A stretch of 24,000 nucleotides of DNA, from assembly GCA_029934735.1 (NCBI GenBank), contig JAOZLR010000001.1:4718-28717 (forward strand), read 5' to 3'. This document shows, in pieces, positions 16,740-24,000 of this stretch; the first letter of the stretch is position 1; the number at the start of each line of letters is the position of its first letter. The translations under genes and the position numbers were made by a program. The stretch is from Bacteroidales bacterium (GTDB taxonomy: Bacteria > Bacteroidota > Bacteroidia > Bacteroidales > JAADJA01). The notes below the pieces were generated by a model. It saw nothing but the letters and a program-made list of their open reading frames with translations, was not told where the DNA came from and made no database searches.

Positions 16740-18473
16740 TTATCTTATAAGTACAAGACTTACAGTTCTTGTATTTGCTCCTGATGTCAGGCGGCAATAA
16801 TAGACACCTTCTGCAAGGTCTGCATCAGCTGCAAATGTTACATTGTAACTGCCAGCCTGTTGCGATTCGTTTACAACTGTTTTTACCTCTTTACCATAAA
16901 TATCGAATATAGACAAGTTAACAATACCTGTTTTATTCAAACTGTATCTGATTGTAACCTTTTCTTTAAAGGGGTTAGGATAAGCACTAACCGAGACAAA
17001 ATCTGTTTTTTGTGGATTATCTCCTATGCCGGTAAGCTGTGGAGTAATTCTTCCGTAATAGACATCCTGCTCACCGTTTAGAGTGCTTGCCCAGGCGAGG
17101 TGTGCGCTGCTCTCGTCGGAAACCATATCGAAGTAGTCTCCCATTTTATTTTGGTTTGGCCATCCTTCATGTGGATCGAAAGCATCTGACAATCTTTCAT
17201 TTACAGACCATGTCTCTCCCTGATCTAGAGAATACGAATAATAAAGTGAAGACCAGTATATTCCAGGGTTATTATCGCGTGTATCAAGCCAGACTACGTC
17301 AATACGTCCGTTTGGTGCAACTGACATTGTGCCGAACCACTGGACATTACTTGTTCCGAAGTCATCATTAATCTTTATCGGAGCTGTCCAGAAACTTCCA
17401 CCATCAGTACTTTTAATAAACATCACATCTCCATCGTCAGAATTTGAGCTTCGTTTAACAGATGCACAAACGTAAACATTGCCGTGTCCGGGTCCACCTG
17501 ACTTGTCAACATCAATCCAAGCTTGTCCAAGCAATCCTGCAGGATTAACATCTGTCCATCCGGTAAGGTATCCATCAAGATTAATGGATACATAATTTTC
17601 CCATGTAGGTATGGTGCCTGAATTCATTGCATTAGTTGATTTGACGACAATCATATCACTATAACCACCTCCTCCAACTGTGTACAGATTTCCATCTGCA
17701 TCCACAGCAAGTGTTCCCCAATATGGAGAGCCGCTAATTTCGGTACAATCTTCATAACTCACACCCTCGTCAACAGAGCGAGTGAAAAATCCGGGATAGC
17801 AAATACTATATGATTGGTTCCAGTTTGCATAAATGTTTCCATCTCCTTCTCCTCCGGTTCCGTCGATCCTCATCCATTGCTTATCTCCACCTTGAGCAAA
17901 TGCAGTATCAACCCATTCAATACCACCAACTTCGGTTTTATATACATCGCACCAGTAGTTGCTATTGTCATCCTTTGTAAGGCTATTGTAATAAAATCTG
18001 CCTTCACTATCAACATCAAGAACCGGATCGGAACGGAAAACGCCAGGATCAATAACGCCTGGGAAAGTCCAGGTTTCCCCACCATCAAGTGTATATCCGT
18101 AACCTGCCTGACGAAAATTGCTGCTTACATTATCAAATTGTCTCCACCCGATTGCCATTCTGTTAAGATCCGCTGGATCAACTGCAATGGATGGTTCATT
18201 GCCCGCATCACCGAGAATATTTTCACCGGTTTCGTTTACATTGACCTGTGTCATAAAAAAGATGCTGTTTTCATAATGATATGCAGGAGAGGTTTCCCCT
18301 TTTGTATTCGGCATATATTTGTCATCAGGTGTCTCATTATGCATTAAATCTATTTTGTCTCTTGAGATTCCATTTTGGGCAAATGAGAGTGCAGGTGCTA
18401 GTATTAGAATGCCAAATAGTAAAACTATGCTACTCAGTCTGTTGTGATTTGTTTTTGTAAAAAACTTTTTCAT
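16740..18473 (-). CDS. Secreted BNR/Asp-box repeat (sialidase-fold-like) protein with a T9SS C-terminal sorting domain
   Basis: Signal peptide MKKFF...LAPALSFAQ. Three Asp-boxes (TLDGGETW, STDGGSFW, SLDQGETW). The C-terminal ~80 aa, YPNPFKEKVTIRYSL...GVYYCRLTSG...LVLIR, are typical of the Por secretion tail. Confidence 0.85.
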   Translation of the reverse strand: MKKFFTKTNHNRLSSIVLLFGILILAPALSFAQNGISRDKIDLMHNETPDDKYMPNTKGETSPAYHYENSIFFMTQVNVNETGENILGDAGNEPSIAVDPADLNRMAIGWRQFDNVSSNFRQAGYGYTLDGGETWTFPGVIDPGVFRSDPVLDVDSEGRFYYNSLTKDDNSNYWCDVYKTEVGGIEWVDTAFAQGGDKQWMRIDGTGGEGDGNIYANWNQSYSICYPGFFTRSVDEGVSYEDCTEISGSPYWGTLAVDADGNLYTVGGGGYSDMIVVKSTNAMNSGTIPTWENYVSINLDGYLTGWTDVNPAGLLGQAWIDVDKSGGPGHGNVYVCASVKRSSNSDDGDVMFIKSTDGGSFWTAPIKINDDFGTSNVQWFGTMSVAPNGRIDVVWLDTRDNNPGIYWSSLYYSYSLDQGETWSVNERLSDAFDPHEGWPNQNKMGDYFDMVSDESSAHLAWASTLNGEQDVYYGRITPQLTGIGDNPQKTDFVSVSAYPNPFKEKVTIRYSLNKTGIVNLSIFDIYGKEVKTVVNESQQAGSYNVTFAADADLAEGVYYCRLTSGANTRTVSLVLIR

Positions 18474-18605
18474 AATTATTTTTCTTTTAAAACATTAAAG
18501 TATATGTGATTTATATATTGGACAAATGTATGTGTTTTTTGGTTGTATGCAGTCGAAATATTGTTTATGTTATGTCAGAAGTAATTATATACCCAAGTTT
18601 CGTTA

Positions 18606-19412
18606 TTATAGTACTTTTCTGATCTTAACAAGTTTTCCCAGAAGATCTTCCAGAAGATTAAGTGGCAACATATTGGCGCCGTCGGAAAGGGCGTTTGCAG
18701 TGTCGGGGTGTGTTTCTATGAAAAGTCCGTCAATACCAACTGCTATTCCAGCTTTAGCGATGATTTCAATAAGCTCTGGTTGGCCTCCAGTTACTCCTGC
18801 TGCCTGGTTTGGTCTTTGAAGTGAGTGGGTGCAGTCCAGAATGACCGGAACATTCAATGATTGCATTGCCGGTATTCCTCTATAATCAACAACGAGATCC
18901 TGATACCCAAATGTAGTACCTCTTTCTGTAAGCATAATCTTGTTATTACCTGAGTCCAGAACCTTCTGAACGGCATACTTCATAGCCTCTGGCGATAAAA
19001 ACTGCCCCTTTTTGATATTTACAACCTTACCGGTCTTTGCTGCTGCTACCAACAAATCTGTCTGCCGGCAAAGGAAAGCTGGAATTTGTAATACATCAAC
19101 AAATTCGGCAGCAAGTCTTGCCTCTTCAGGACTATGTACATCAGTAAGAATGGGAATATTGAGCTCGTCTCTGACCTTTTTAATTACCTCAAGTCCTTTC
19201 AGGTCACCTATTCCGGTAAAAGAATCCAGCCGTGAACGGTTTGCCTTATTGTATGAGGCTTTAAAAATGTAGGGAATTTGCAGCTTGTCGGTTATAGCCA
19301 TTATTTTTCGGGCTATCTCAAGAGGCATAGTCTCATTTTCCACAACACACGGACCGGCAATTAGAAAAAAGTTACCGGAATCTTTATATCTTAATAATGG
19401 AATGTCAAACAT
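18606..19412 (-). CDS. kdsA: 3-deoxy-8-phosphooctulonate (KDO-8-P) synthase
   Basis: FLIAGPCVVENE, FKASYNKANRS, LTDVH, KKGQFLSP and DCTHSLQ are characteristic of KdsA. 268 aa. Confidence 0.93.
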   Translation of the reverse strand: MFDIPLLRYKDSGNFFLIAGPCVVENETMPLEIARKIMAITDKLQIPYIFKASYNKANRSRLDSFTGIGDLKGLEVIKKVRDELNIPILTDVHSPEEARLAAEFVDVLQIPAFLCRQTDLLVAAAKTGKVVNIKKGQFLSPEAMKYAVQKVLDSGNNKIMLTERGTTFGYQDLVVDYRGIPAMQSLNVPVILDCTHSLQRPNQAAGVTGGQPELIEIIAKAGIAVGIDGLFIETHPDTANALSDGANMLPLNLLEDLLGKLVKIRKVL

Positions 19413-19433
19413 AATGTTTTATTTTATTGAGCA

Positions 19434-19441
19434 CAAATATA
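19434..19441 (-). promoter_or_regulatory. Candidate -7 box (TATATTTG on the minus strand) for kdsA
   Basis: 21 nt upstream of the ATG at 19412. Confidence 0.4.
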
Positions 19442-19481
19442 CATATTTCAAAAAAACACCTGTATATATTAATAAGAGTGG

Positions 19482-19499
19482 GCAAGCGTCCACGCTTGC
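19482..19499. repeat. Perfect hairpin GCAAGCG-TCCA-CGCTTGC, a variant of the GCGTCCACGC repeat family
   Basis: It shares the 10-nt core GCGTCCACGC and an upstream TAAGAG with the 8851-8958 array. Intergenic, upstream of the kdsA promoter box. Confidence 0.6.
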
Positions 19500-19543
19500 A
19501 TGAAAAAACTGAAAGAACAAAAATATACATTTATAATCTGATA

Positions 19544-20134
19544 TTACTCAACAAACTCAAATGCTTCCACAAGGGTTTTTAGCGAACATATCCGTTTTTC
19601 CCAATCCCCTGATTTGTAAACAAGTGTTTGCAGAAGATATATCTCATTTACATCCGGCTTTTTAATGTAAACCACATTGCTGACAATGAACACATCATCT
19701 TCTTTCATCTCAAAGGCGAGCCAGTAGCTTTTTTGATCGTTAACTTCTATTATACCCGTTTCAAGAAGATTGAATACTGCGGACTTCTTCATTGATTTGA
19801 TTTCATTTCTGAAATATGTTTCAAGTGAATCGGTTGTTTTATAGCCCGAAACCGAAAGAGACATCAGCTTTGAATTATCATTGTCAATATCCAGGGCATT
19901 AGTGCCGAATATTCCATAAATAGTATCGGAATAGACCTCCTGAATATCCCAGCTATATGGCATTGTAATCATAAATTTATTCCCCGGATCTCCAATGGTT
20001 ATCAGGTCGCCAAAATCAGAATCGTCACTGCAATTATTATAACTTTCAGATACCGGAATACCCTCAAATGTTTTTCTTGAATGGCATCCAGAAACTGTTA
20101 TGACAATAATTGTAAAAAATAAGAGTCTCTTCAT
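19544..20134 (-). CDS. Hypothetical lipoprotein
   Basis: Signal peptide with lipobox MKRLLFFTIIVITVSGC. 196 aa. I recognise no family. Confidence 0.7.
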   Translation of the reverse strand: MKRLLFFTIIVITVSGCHSRKTFEGIPVSESYNNCSDDSDFGDLITIGDPGNKFMITMPYSWDIQEVYSDTIYGIFGTNALDIDNDNSKLMSLSVSGYKTTDSLETYFRNEIKSMKKSAVFNLLETGIIEVNDQKSYWLAFEMKEDDVFIVSNVVYIKKPDVNEIYLLQTLVYKSGDWEKRICSLKTLVEAFEFVE

Positions 20135-20151
20135 TTAACGATATATTTCTG

Positions 20152-20159
20152 CAAAGGTA
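20152..20159 (-). promoter_or_regulatory. Candidate -7 box (TACCTTTG on the minus strand) for the lipoprotein gene
   Basis: 17 nt upstream of the ATG at 20134. Confidence 0.35.
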
Positions 20160-20263
20160 CATTTCTGAGTTTGTTTTTTCCATATTGTTTGAAATAAAAA
20201 TTTTATAGAAACAAATAAGCAAATAACTTCCTTTTGAAAATATGCGTTGTTGATGAGTTTTAT

Positions 20264-20271
20264 TATTTTTG
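20264..20271 (+). promoter_or_regulatory. Candidate -7 box (TATTTTTG) for the vsr-dcm-orf109-HNH-Z1 cluster
   Basis: 28 nt upstream of the vsr ATG at 20300. It is the only such box I see before this tightly packed co-directional cluster. Confidence 0.4.
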
Positions 20272-20299
20272 CTGATATTTTAGAATGTTTATCTGAATT

Positions 20300-20722
20300 A
20301 TGTCTGACGTACATGACAAAATAACTAGGAGTTATAATATGTCAATGATAAAGGGTAAAGATACAAAACCTGAAATTATTGTAAGGAAATTTTTGTTTCA
20401 GAATGGATTCAGATACAGAATCAATTTTACAAAATTGCCAGGAAAACCTGACATTGTCTTGCCAAAGTACAAAACCGTTATTTTTATTAACGGGTGTTTT
20501 TGGCATGGACATAAAAATTGCAACTATTTTGTAGTTCCAAAAACCAGAACAAAATGGTGGATAGAAAAAATAAACAAAACCAAAGAACGTGATGTTTTGA
20601 TAATGAATGAATTGAAAAAACTCGGATGGAGAATATTTGTTATATGGGAATGTGAATTAAAAAGGGTAAAAAGAGATAAAATTTTTGAAAAATTATTACT
20701 ATTTTTGAAAAAATTAAACTGA
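20300..20722 (+). CDS. vsr: Very short patch repair endonuclease (T:G mismatch-specific)
   Basis: TRSYNMSMIKGKDTKPE...GKPDIVLPKYKTVIFINGCFWHGHKNC...WW..KI..TKERD are the Vsr family motifs. 140 aa. Its stop overlaps the dcm start (TGATG). Confidence 0.92.
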   Translation: MSDVHDKITRSYNMSMIKGKDTKPEIIVRKFLFQNGFRYRINFTKLPGKPDIVLPKYKTVIFINGCFWHGHKNCNYFVVPKTRTKWWIEKINKTKERDVLIMNELKKLGWRIFVIWECELKRVKRDKIFEKLLLFLKKLN

Positions 20723-21897
20723 TGAATTTTATCGATTTGTTTTCAGGTGGTGGAGGCTTGTCTGAAGGCTTTGTCCGACAGGGATTTAAGCCTGTTGCTC
20801 ACGTTGAAACAGACAGGGCATCATGCAATACTATATTAACCAGAATCGCATATTATTATTTATCAGAAACCGGTAATAATGAGGTATATATTCAATATCT
20901 GAAGAGGCAAATAACTCGAAATGAATTGTATGAATATCTTCCTGACAGTCTAAAAATGTCCATAATTAATAAACCTATTGGAAAAGAAAGTAATAGGGAG
21001 ATATTCAGACGGATAAATGATGTGAAAGGGACTAAAAAAATTGATTTGATTATCGGAGGACCTCCTTGTCAGGCGTACTCTCTTGTTGGCAGAGCAAGAG
21101 ATGCATATAGTATGAAGTATGATGAAAGAAATTACCTTTATGTTCAGTATGCTGAATTCCTTAAAAAGTTTGAACCTGAATTCTTTATTTTTGAAAATGT
21201 TTCAGGTATGCTTTCTGCTAGAACCTCTGGCGGGGAAAAATACCTTGAAAAAATGATCAGGTTGTTTCGTGAGGTTGGATATGAGACTGAGTATGAATTA
21301 TTAAATGCTAAAGATTTTGGGGTTTTACAAAATAGAAAAAGAGTTATTCTAATTGGTAAAAAAGGAACTAAAAAAGGTTTTTATCCAAATTTCAAAAAGA
21401 AAGACTCAAAAGTTAATGTCGAAGAAATATTTAAAGGATTACCTAAATTAAAAGCAGGAGAAGGTAATTTTTTTGAAACAAAGTACACAAAAGATACTTC
21501 CGAATACCTAAAAGAAATTAAAGTTCAAAACGGTTTAGATTTTACAACACAACACATTGCAAGACCACATAATGAGCAAGATAAAGAAATATATCGAATT
21601 GCAATAAATAAATGGAATGAAAATGGAGAACGTTTAAATTATAACGATTTACCTGATAGATTAAAATCCCATAAAAATAGAAATTCTTTTACTGACAGAT
21701 TTAAAGTTGTTGCAGAAGAATTACCTGCTTGTCATACTGTTGTAGCACATATAGCAAAGGATGGACATTATTATATCCACCCAGATATTAAACAAAATCG
21801 TTCAATAACACCGAGAGAAGCAGCTAGATTACAATCATTTCCTGATGATTATTTCTTTGAAGGTCAAAATGACAAGCCTAGTAGAACTGCTGCATAA
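20722..21897 (+). CDS. dcm: DNA (cytosine-5)-methyltransferase, apparently truncated at the C-terminus (motifs I-IX present, motif X absent); possibly a pseudogene
   Basis: Motif I DLFSGGGGLSEGF, IV GGPPCQAYS, VI FENVSGM, VIII QNRKRV, IX RSITPREAARLQSFPDDYFF. The ORF stops at ...SRTAA-TAA, and no GNAVP-like motif X follows in any forward frame. Confidence 0.85.
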   Translation: MNFIDLFSGGGGLSEGFVRQGFKPVAHVETDRASCNTILTRIAYYYLSETGNNEVYIQYLKRQITRNELYEYLPDSLKMSIINKPIGKESNREIFRRINDVKGTKKIDLIIGGPPCQAYSLVGRARDAYSMKYDERNYLYVQYAEFLKKFEPEFFIFENVSGMLSARTSGGEKYLEKMIRLFREVGYETEYELLNAKDFGVLQNRKRVILIGKKGTKKGFYPNFKKKDSKVNVEEIFKGLPKLKAGEGNFFETKYTKDTSEYLKEIKVQNGLDFTTQHIARPHNEQDKEIYRIAINKWNENGERLNYNDLPDRLKSHKNRNSFTDRFKVVAEELPACHTVVAHIAKDGHYYIHPDIKQNRSITPREAARLQSFPDDYFFEGQNDKPSRTAA

Positions 21898-21908
21898 AAA
21901 ATAACATT

Positions 21909-22238
21909 ATGAATACTATTACTAAAACAGAGATTGACGCTTATAAAGAACTAAAAAAACAATATACAAATATTGTAAACACTAGCATTCTTGAAAATTG
22001 TAATAAAATAGTTCAAATTGGTGCATATACTGCTGAAATTGACAAGAATAATATTGTTACTCTTTCTCGAAATAAGTTCCCTTCTCAGTTTACTGAAAAA
22101 TCAGCAAATGATATTGTAAATATGAACTGGACTTCATCCAATAATAAAAAGGCAAATATTGAGATTTATAATATTAAAGATTGGTATAGAGGAAAAATAG
22201 AAGCATTAAATTTCATTATTAAAAACTATAATAATTAA
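21909..22238 (+). CDS. Hypothetical 109-aa protein (orf109), translationally coupled to the HNH nuclease gene
   Basis: Uninterrupted ORF in a dense operon. It starts 11 nt after the dcm stop and ends 1 nt before the HNH start. No TM segment, signal peptide or motif that I recognise. Confidence 0.55.
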   Translation: MNTITKTEIDAYKELKKQYTNIVNTSILENCNKIVQIGAYTAEIDKNNIVTLSRNKFPSQFTEKSANDIVNMNWTSSNNKKANIEIYNIKDWYRGKIEALNFIIKNYNN

Positions 22239-22239
22239 T

Positions 22240-23010
22240 ATGCAGAGACGTAATTGGACAAAAGATGAACTAATTCTTGCTTTTTCTTTATACCTTAAAC
22301 TTCCTTTTGGAAAAATGCATAGAAATAATCCAGATATTATTTATTTATCTAAAATAATAAATAGAACACCTAGTGCTGTCGCAATGCGTCTATCTAATTT
22401 TGCTAGTTTAGATCCATTTCATCAACAAAGAGGAGTAAAAGGTTTAACAGGAGGAATATCTATTTGTAAACCAATTTGGGATGAATTCATAGGTAATAGA
22501 GAGGATTTATTATATAAAAGTGAAAATATTTTAGCAAAGAAAGAAAATACAGATATAGAACTAAAATATTCGGATATTTTAAAAGATACTCAAAATTTAA
22601 AAGGTGAAATAAAAGAGCGTATTGTAAAGACAAGAGTTAATCAATCTGTTTTCAGAAAAATTATTTTATCTACATATACTCAAAAATGTGCAATAAGTGG
22701 AATTGATATTCCTCAATTATTAGTAGCAAGTCATATTATCCCGTGGTCTAAAAGCGAAAAAGAAAGATTAAATCCTTCAAATGGTATATGTTTATCATCA
22801 TTATATGACAAAGCATTTGATATTGGCTTAATAGGAATAAAAAAGGATTATACAGTGATATTATCCAATAAAATAAAGGATAAGTCAAAAATGGATTATT
22901 ATAATACTTATTTCAAGAATATAGAAAATCAAAAAATATTATTGCCAGAAAGGTATCAGCCTGATTTGAATTTTTTAGAATATCATTTAGATACCATTTT
23001 TCAAAAGTAA
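22240..23010 (+). CDS. HNH-family nuclease of the predicted-restriction-endonuclease type (COG3183 / HNH_2-like) with an N-terminal SANT/Myb-like helical domain
   Basis: RVNQSVFRKIILSTYTQKCAISGIDIPQLLVASHIIPWS...NPSNGICLSSLYDKAFDIGLIGI matches the HNH_2 beta-beta-alpha-Me pattern (catalytic His in ASHI; Asn in NG). The N-terminus is NWTKDELILAFSLY...RTPSAVAMRLSNFASLDP. Confidence 0.8.
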   Translation: MQRRNWTKDELILAFSLYLKLPFGKMHRNNPDIIYLSKIINRTPSAVAMRLSNFASLDPFHQQRGVKGLTGGISICKPIWDEFIGNREDLLYKSENILAKKENTDIELKYSDILKDTQNLKGEIKERIVKTRVNQSVFRKIILSTYTQKCAISGIDIPQLLVASHIIPWSKSEKERLNPSNGICLSSLYDKAFDIGLIGIKKDYTVILSNKIKDKSKMDYYNTYFKNIENQKILLPERYQPDLNFLEYHLDTIFQK

Positions 23011-23049
23011 ATTGTCAGAAAAACAAAAGGACGTTGGGACAGGCGAGGA

Positions 23050-24000
23050 ATGGTTGTTGGAAATGTTCAATCAGGTAAAACAGCAAATTATACAGGACTT
23101 ATTAATAAAGCAACTGATGCAGGATATAAATTAATAATTGTAATTGCTGGAATTCACAATAGTTTAAGGGCTCAAACTCAAAGTAGAATAGATGAGGGCT
23201 TTATTGGTAGAGATAGTTCTGATTTCATTTTAAGACAACGAAATATTAAAACTGGAGTCGGACATATTAAAGCTGAAACAGAAATATATTCTTTTACTTC
23301 TTCTGATGCAAAAGGTGACTTCAATAGAAATATAGCAACTAGAATTAATGTTCCTATTGGTGGACAAAGTCCTACCGTTTTAGTTATTAAAAAGAATAAA
23401 AGTATATTAGAAAATTTAATTTTATGGTTACATCAGTTTGCCATTGACAATGGAAATGGTGAGAATAAAATATTTGATGTTCCTCTATTGTTAATTGATG
23501 ATGAAGCGGATAACGCTTCTGTAAACTCAGGGACTGAATTAGATGTTAAAACCATTAACCGATTAATAAGAACTCTATTAAACTTATTTAATCAAAATAC
23601 TTTTATAGGATATACGGCAACCCCATACGCTAATATTTTTATTCCATCTTCCTGGAGTAAAAATCTGGAAACAATGGTAAAAGATATCAAACTTAAAGTG
23701 GGTGAAGACCTATTCCCTCGGGACTTTATCGTAAATATCCCTCCTCCCTCCAATTATATTGGAGCTGTTCAGGTTTTTGGATTTGAAAATGAAGAAACTG
23801 GTGAAGAACACGAAGGTTTAGATATTATAAGATTAGCCGAAGACCAAGAACCATTATTCCCGAAAAAAATAAATAAATATAATAAAGATGAATTACCTGA
23901 AGATGTTCCTTCTTCTTTGAAAACAGCAATTAAATCGTTTATCTTAACTTGTGCAATCAGGCGATTAAGAGGACAGGAAACGAAGCATAATTCTATGCTT
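23050..24000 (+). CDS. Z1-domain family SF2 helicase-like P-loop ATPase (partial; runs off the right edge; the N-terminal region appears to be missing)
   Basis: Manual translation in the same frame as the HNH ORF, open from 23011 to 24000: IVRKTKGRWDRRGMVVGNVQSGKTANYTGLINKATDAGYKLIIVIAGIHNSLRAQTQSRIDEGF...LLLIDDEADNAS...GYTATPYANIF...ILTCAIRRLRGQETKHNSML. Walker A is at 23059-23082 and DDEAD at 23497-23511. The first ATG is at 23050. Confidence 0.8.
   Translation, partial: MVVGNVQSGKTANYTGLINKATDAGYKLIIVIAGIHNSLRAQTQSRIDEGFIGRDSSDFILRQRNIKTGVGHIKAETEIYSFTSSDAKGDFNRNIATRINVPIGGQSPTVLVIKKNKSILENLILWLHQFAIDNGNGENKIFDVPLLLIDDEADNASVNSGTELDVKTINRLIRTLLNLFNQNTFIGYTATPYANIFIPSSWSKNLETMVKDIKLKVGEDLFPRDFIVNIPPPSNYIGAVQVFGFENEETGEEHEGLDIIRLAEDQEPLFPKKINKYNKDELPEDVPSSLKTAIKSFILTCAIRRLRGQETKHNSML

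Noticed and set aside
17814-18347. 177-aa plus-strand ORF. The same reasoning applies to 9320-9724, 3793-4116, 5637-5963, 16860-17371, 19012-19272, 13562-13876 and 11416-11667.
   Set aside because: All lie antisense to, or out of frame within, confidently assigned genes. Their composition is low-complexity or hydrophobic, as expected for shadow ORFs in A+T-rich DNA.
21939-22034. AYKE and VQIGAYTA strings in orf109 as a displaced motif X (AYKQIGNAVP) of the truncated methyltransferase
   Set aside because: They are in a different frame and 40-130 nt from the break. The invariant Asn and the AVP of GNAVP are absent, and the two strings are not contiguous. The resemblance is most likely chance in a Lys/Asn/Ile-rich protein.

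Overview
Low-GC chromosomal segment that looks like Bacteroidota. The support is recurrent TAnnTTTG -7 promoter boxes 17-45 nt upstream of start codons, a T9SS (Por) C-terminal sorting domain, and lipobox signal peptides. Most of the window is housekeeping or ordinary genes: mutL (5' part, running off the left edge), a GroES-like protein, an ABC ATPase, L-serine dehydratase, a lipoprotein serine hydrolase, a MATE exporter, a patatin-like lipase, an Sfp-type PPTase, ligA, an SRPBCC/GyrI-like fusion, a DUF4831-like secreted protein, a BNR/Asp-box T9SS cargo protein, and kdsA. There are four accessory elements. (1) A RAYT/IS200-like Y1 transposase is bracketed by inverted REP-like hairpins (2194-2902). 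(2) A second, unrelated short hairpin repeat family with core GCGTCCACGC occurs as a 4-copy array (8851-8958) plus dispersed single copies (14147-14178, 19482-19499). (3) A PIN/RHH-like toxin-antitoxin pair sits in a gene-poor stretch (14009-15357). (4) The most interesting element is a visibly more A+T-rich co-directional cluster at the right edge (20300 to beyond 24000): vsr, dcm, orf109, a COG3183-type HNH nuclease, and a Z1-domain helicase-like ATPase. In that cluster the C5-methyltransferase ends just before motif X. The Z1 reading frame starts directly, in frame, after the HNH stop codon and has almost no N-terminal region. This suggests a two-gene HNH cassette replaced the junction of an older dcm-Z1 restriction-like locus. 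I found no rRNA, tRNA or CRISPR array. All family assignments come from reading motifs in the translations; no database search was run.
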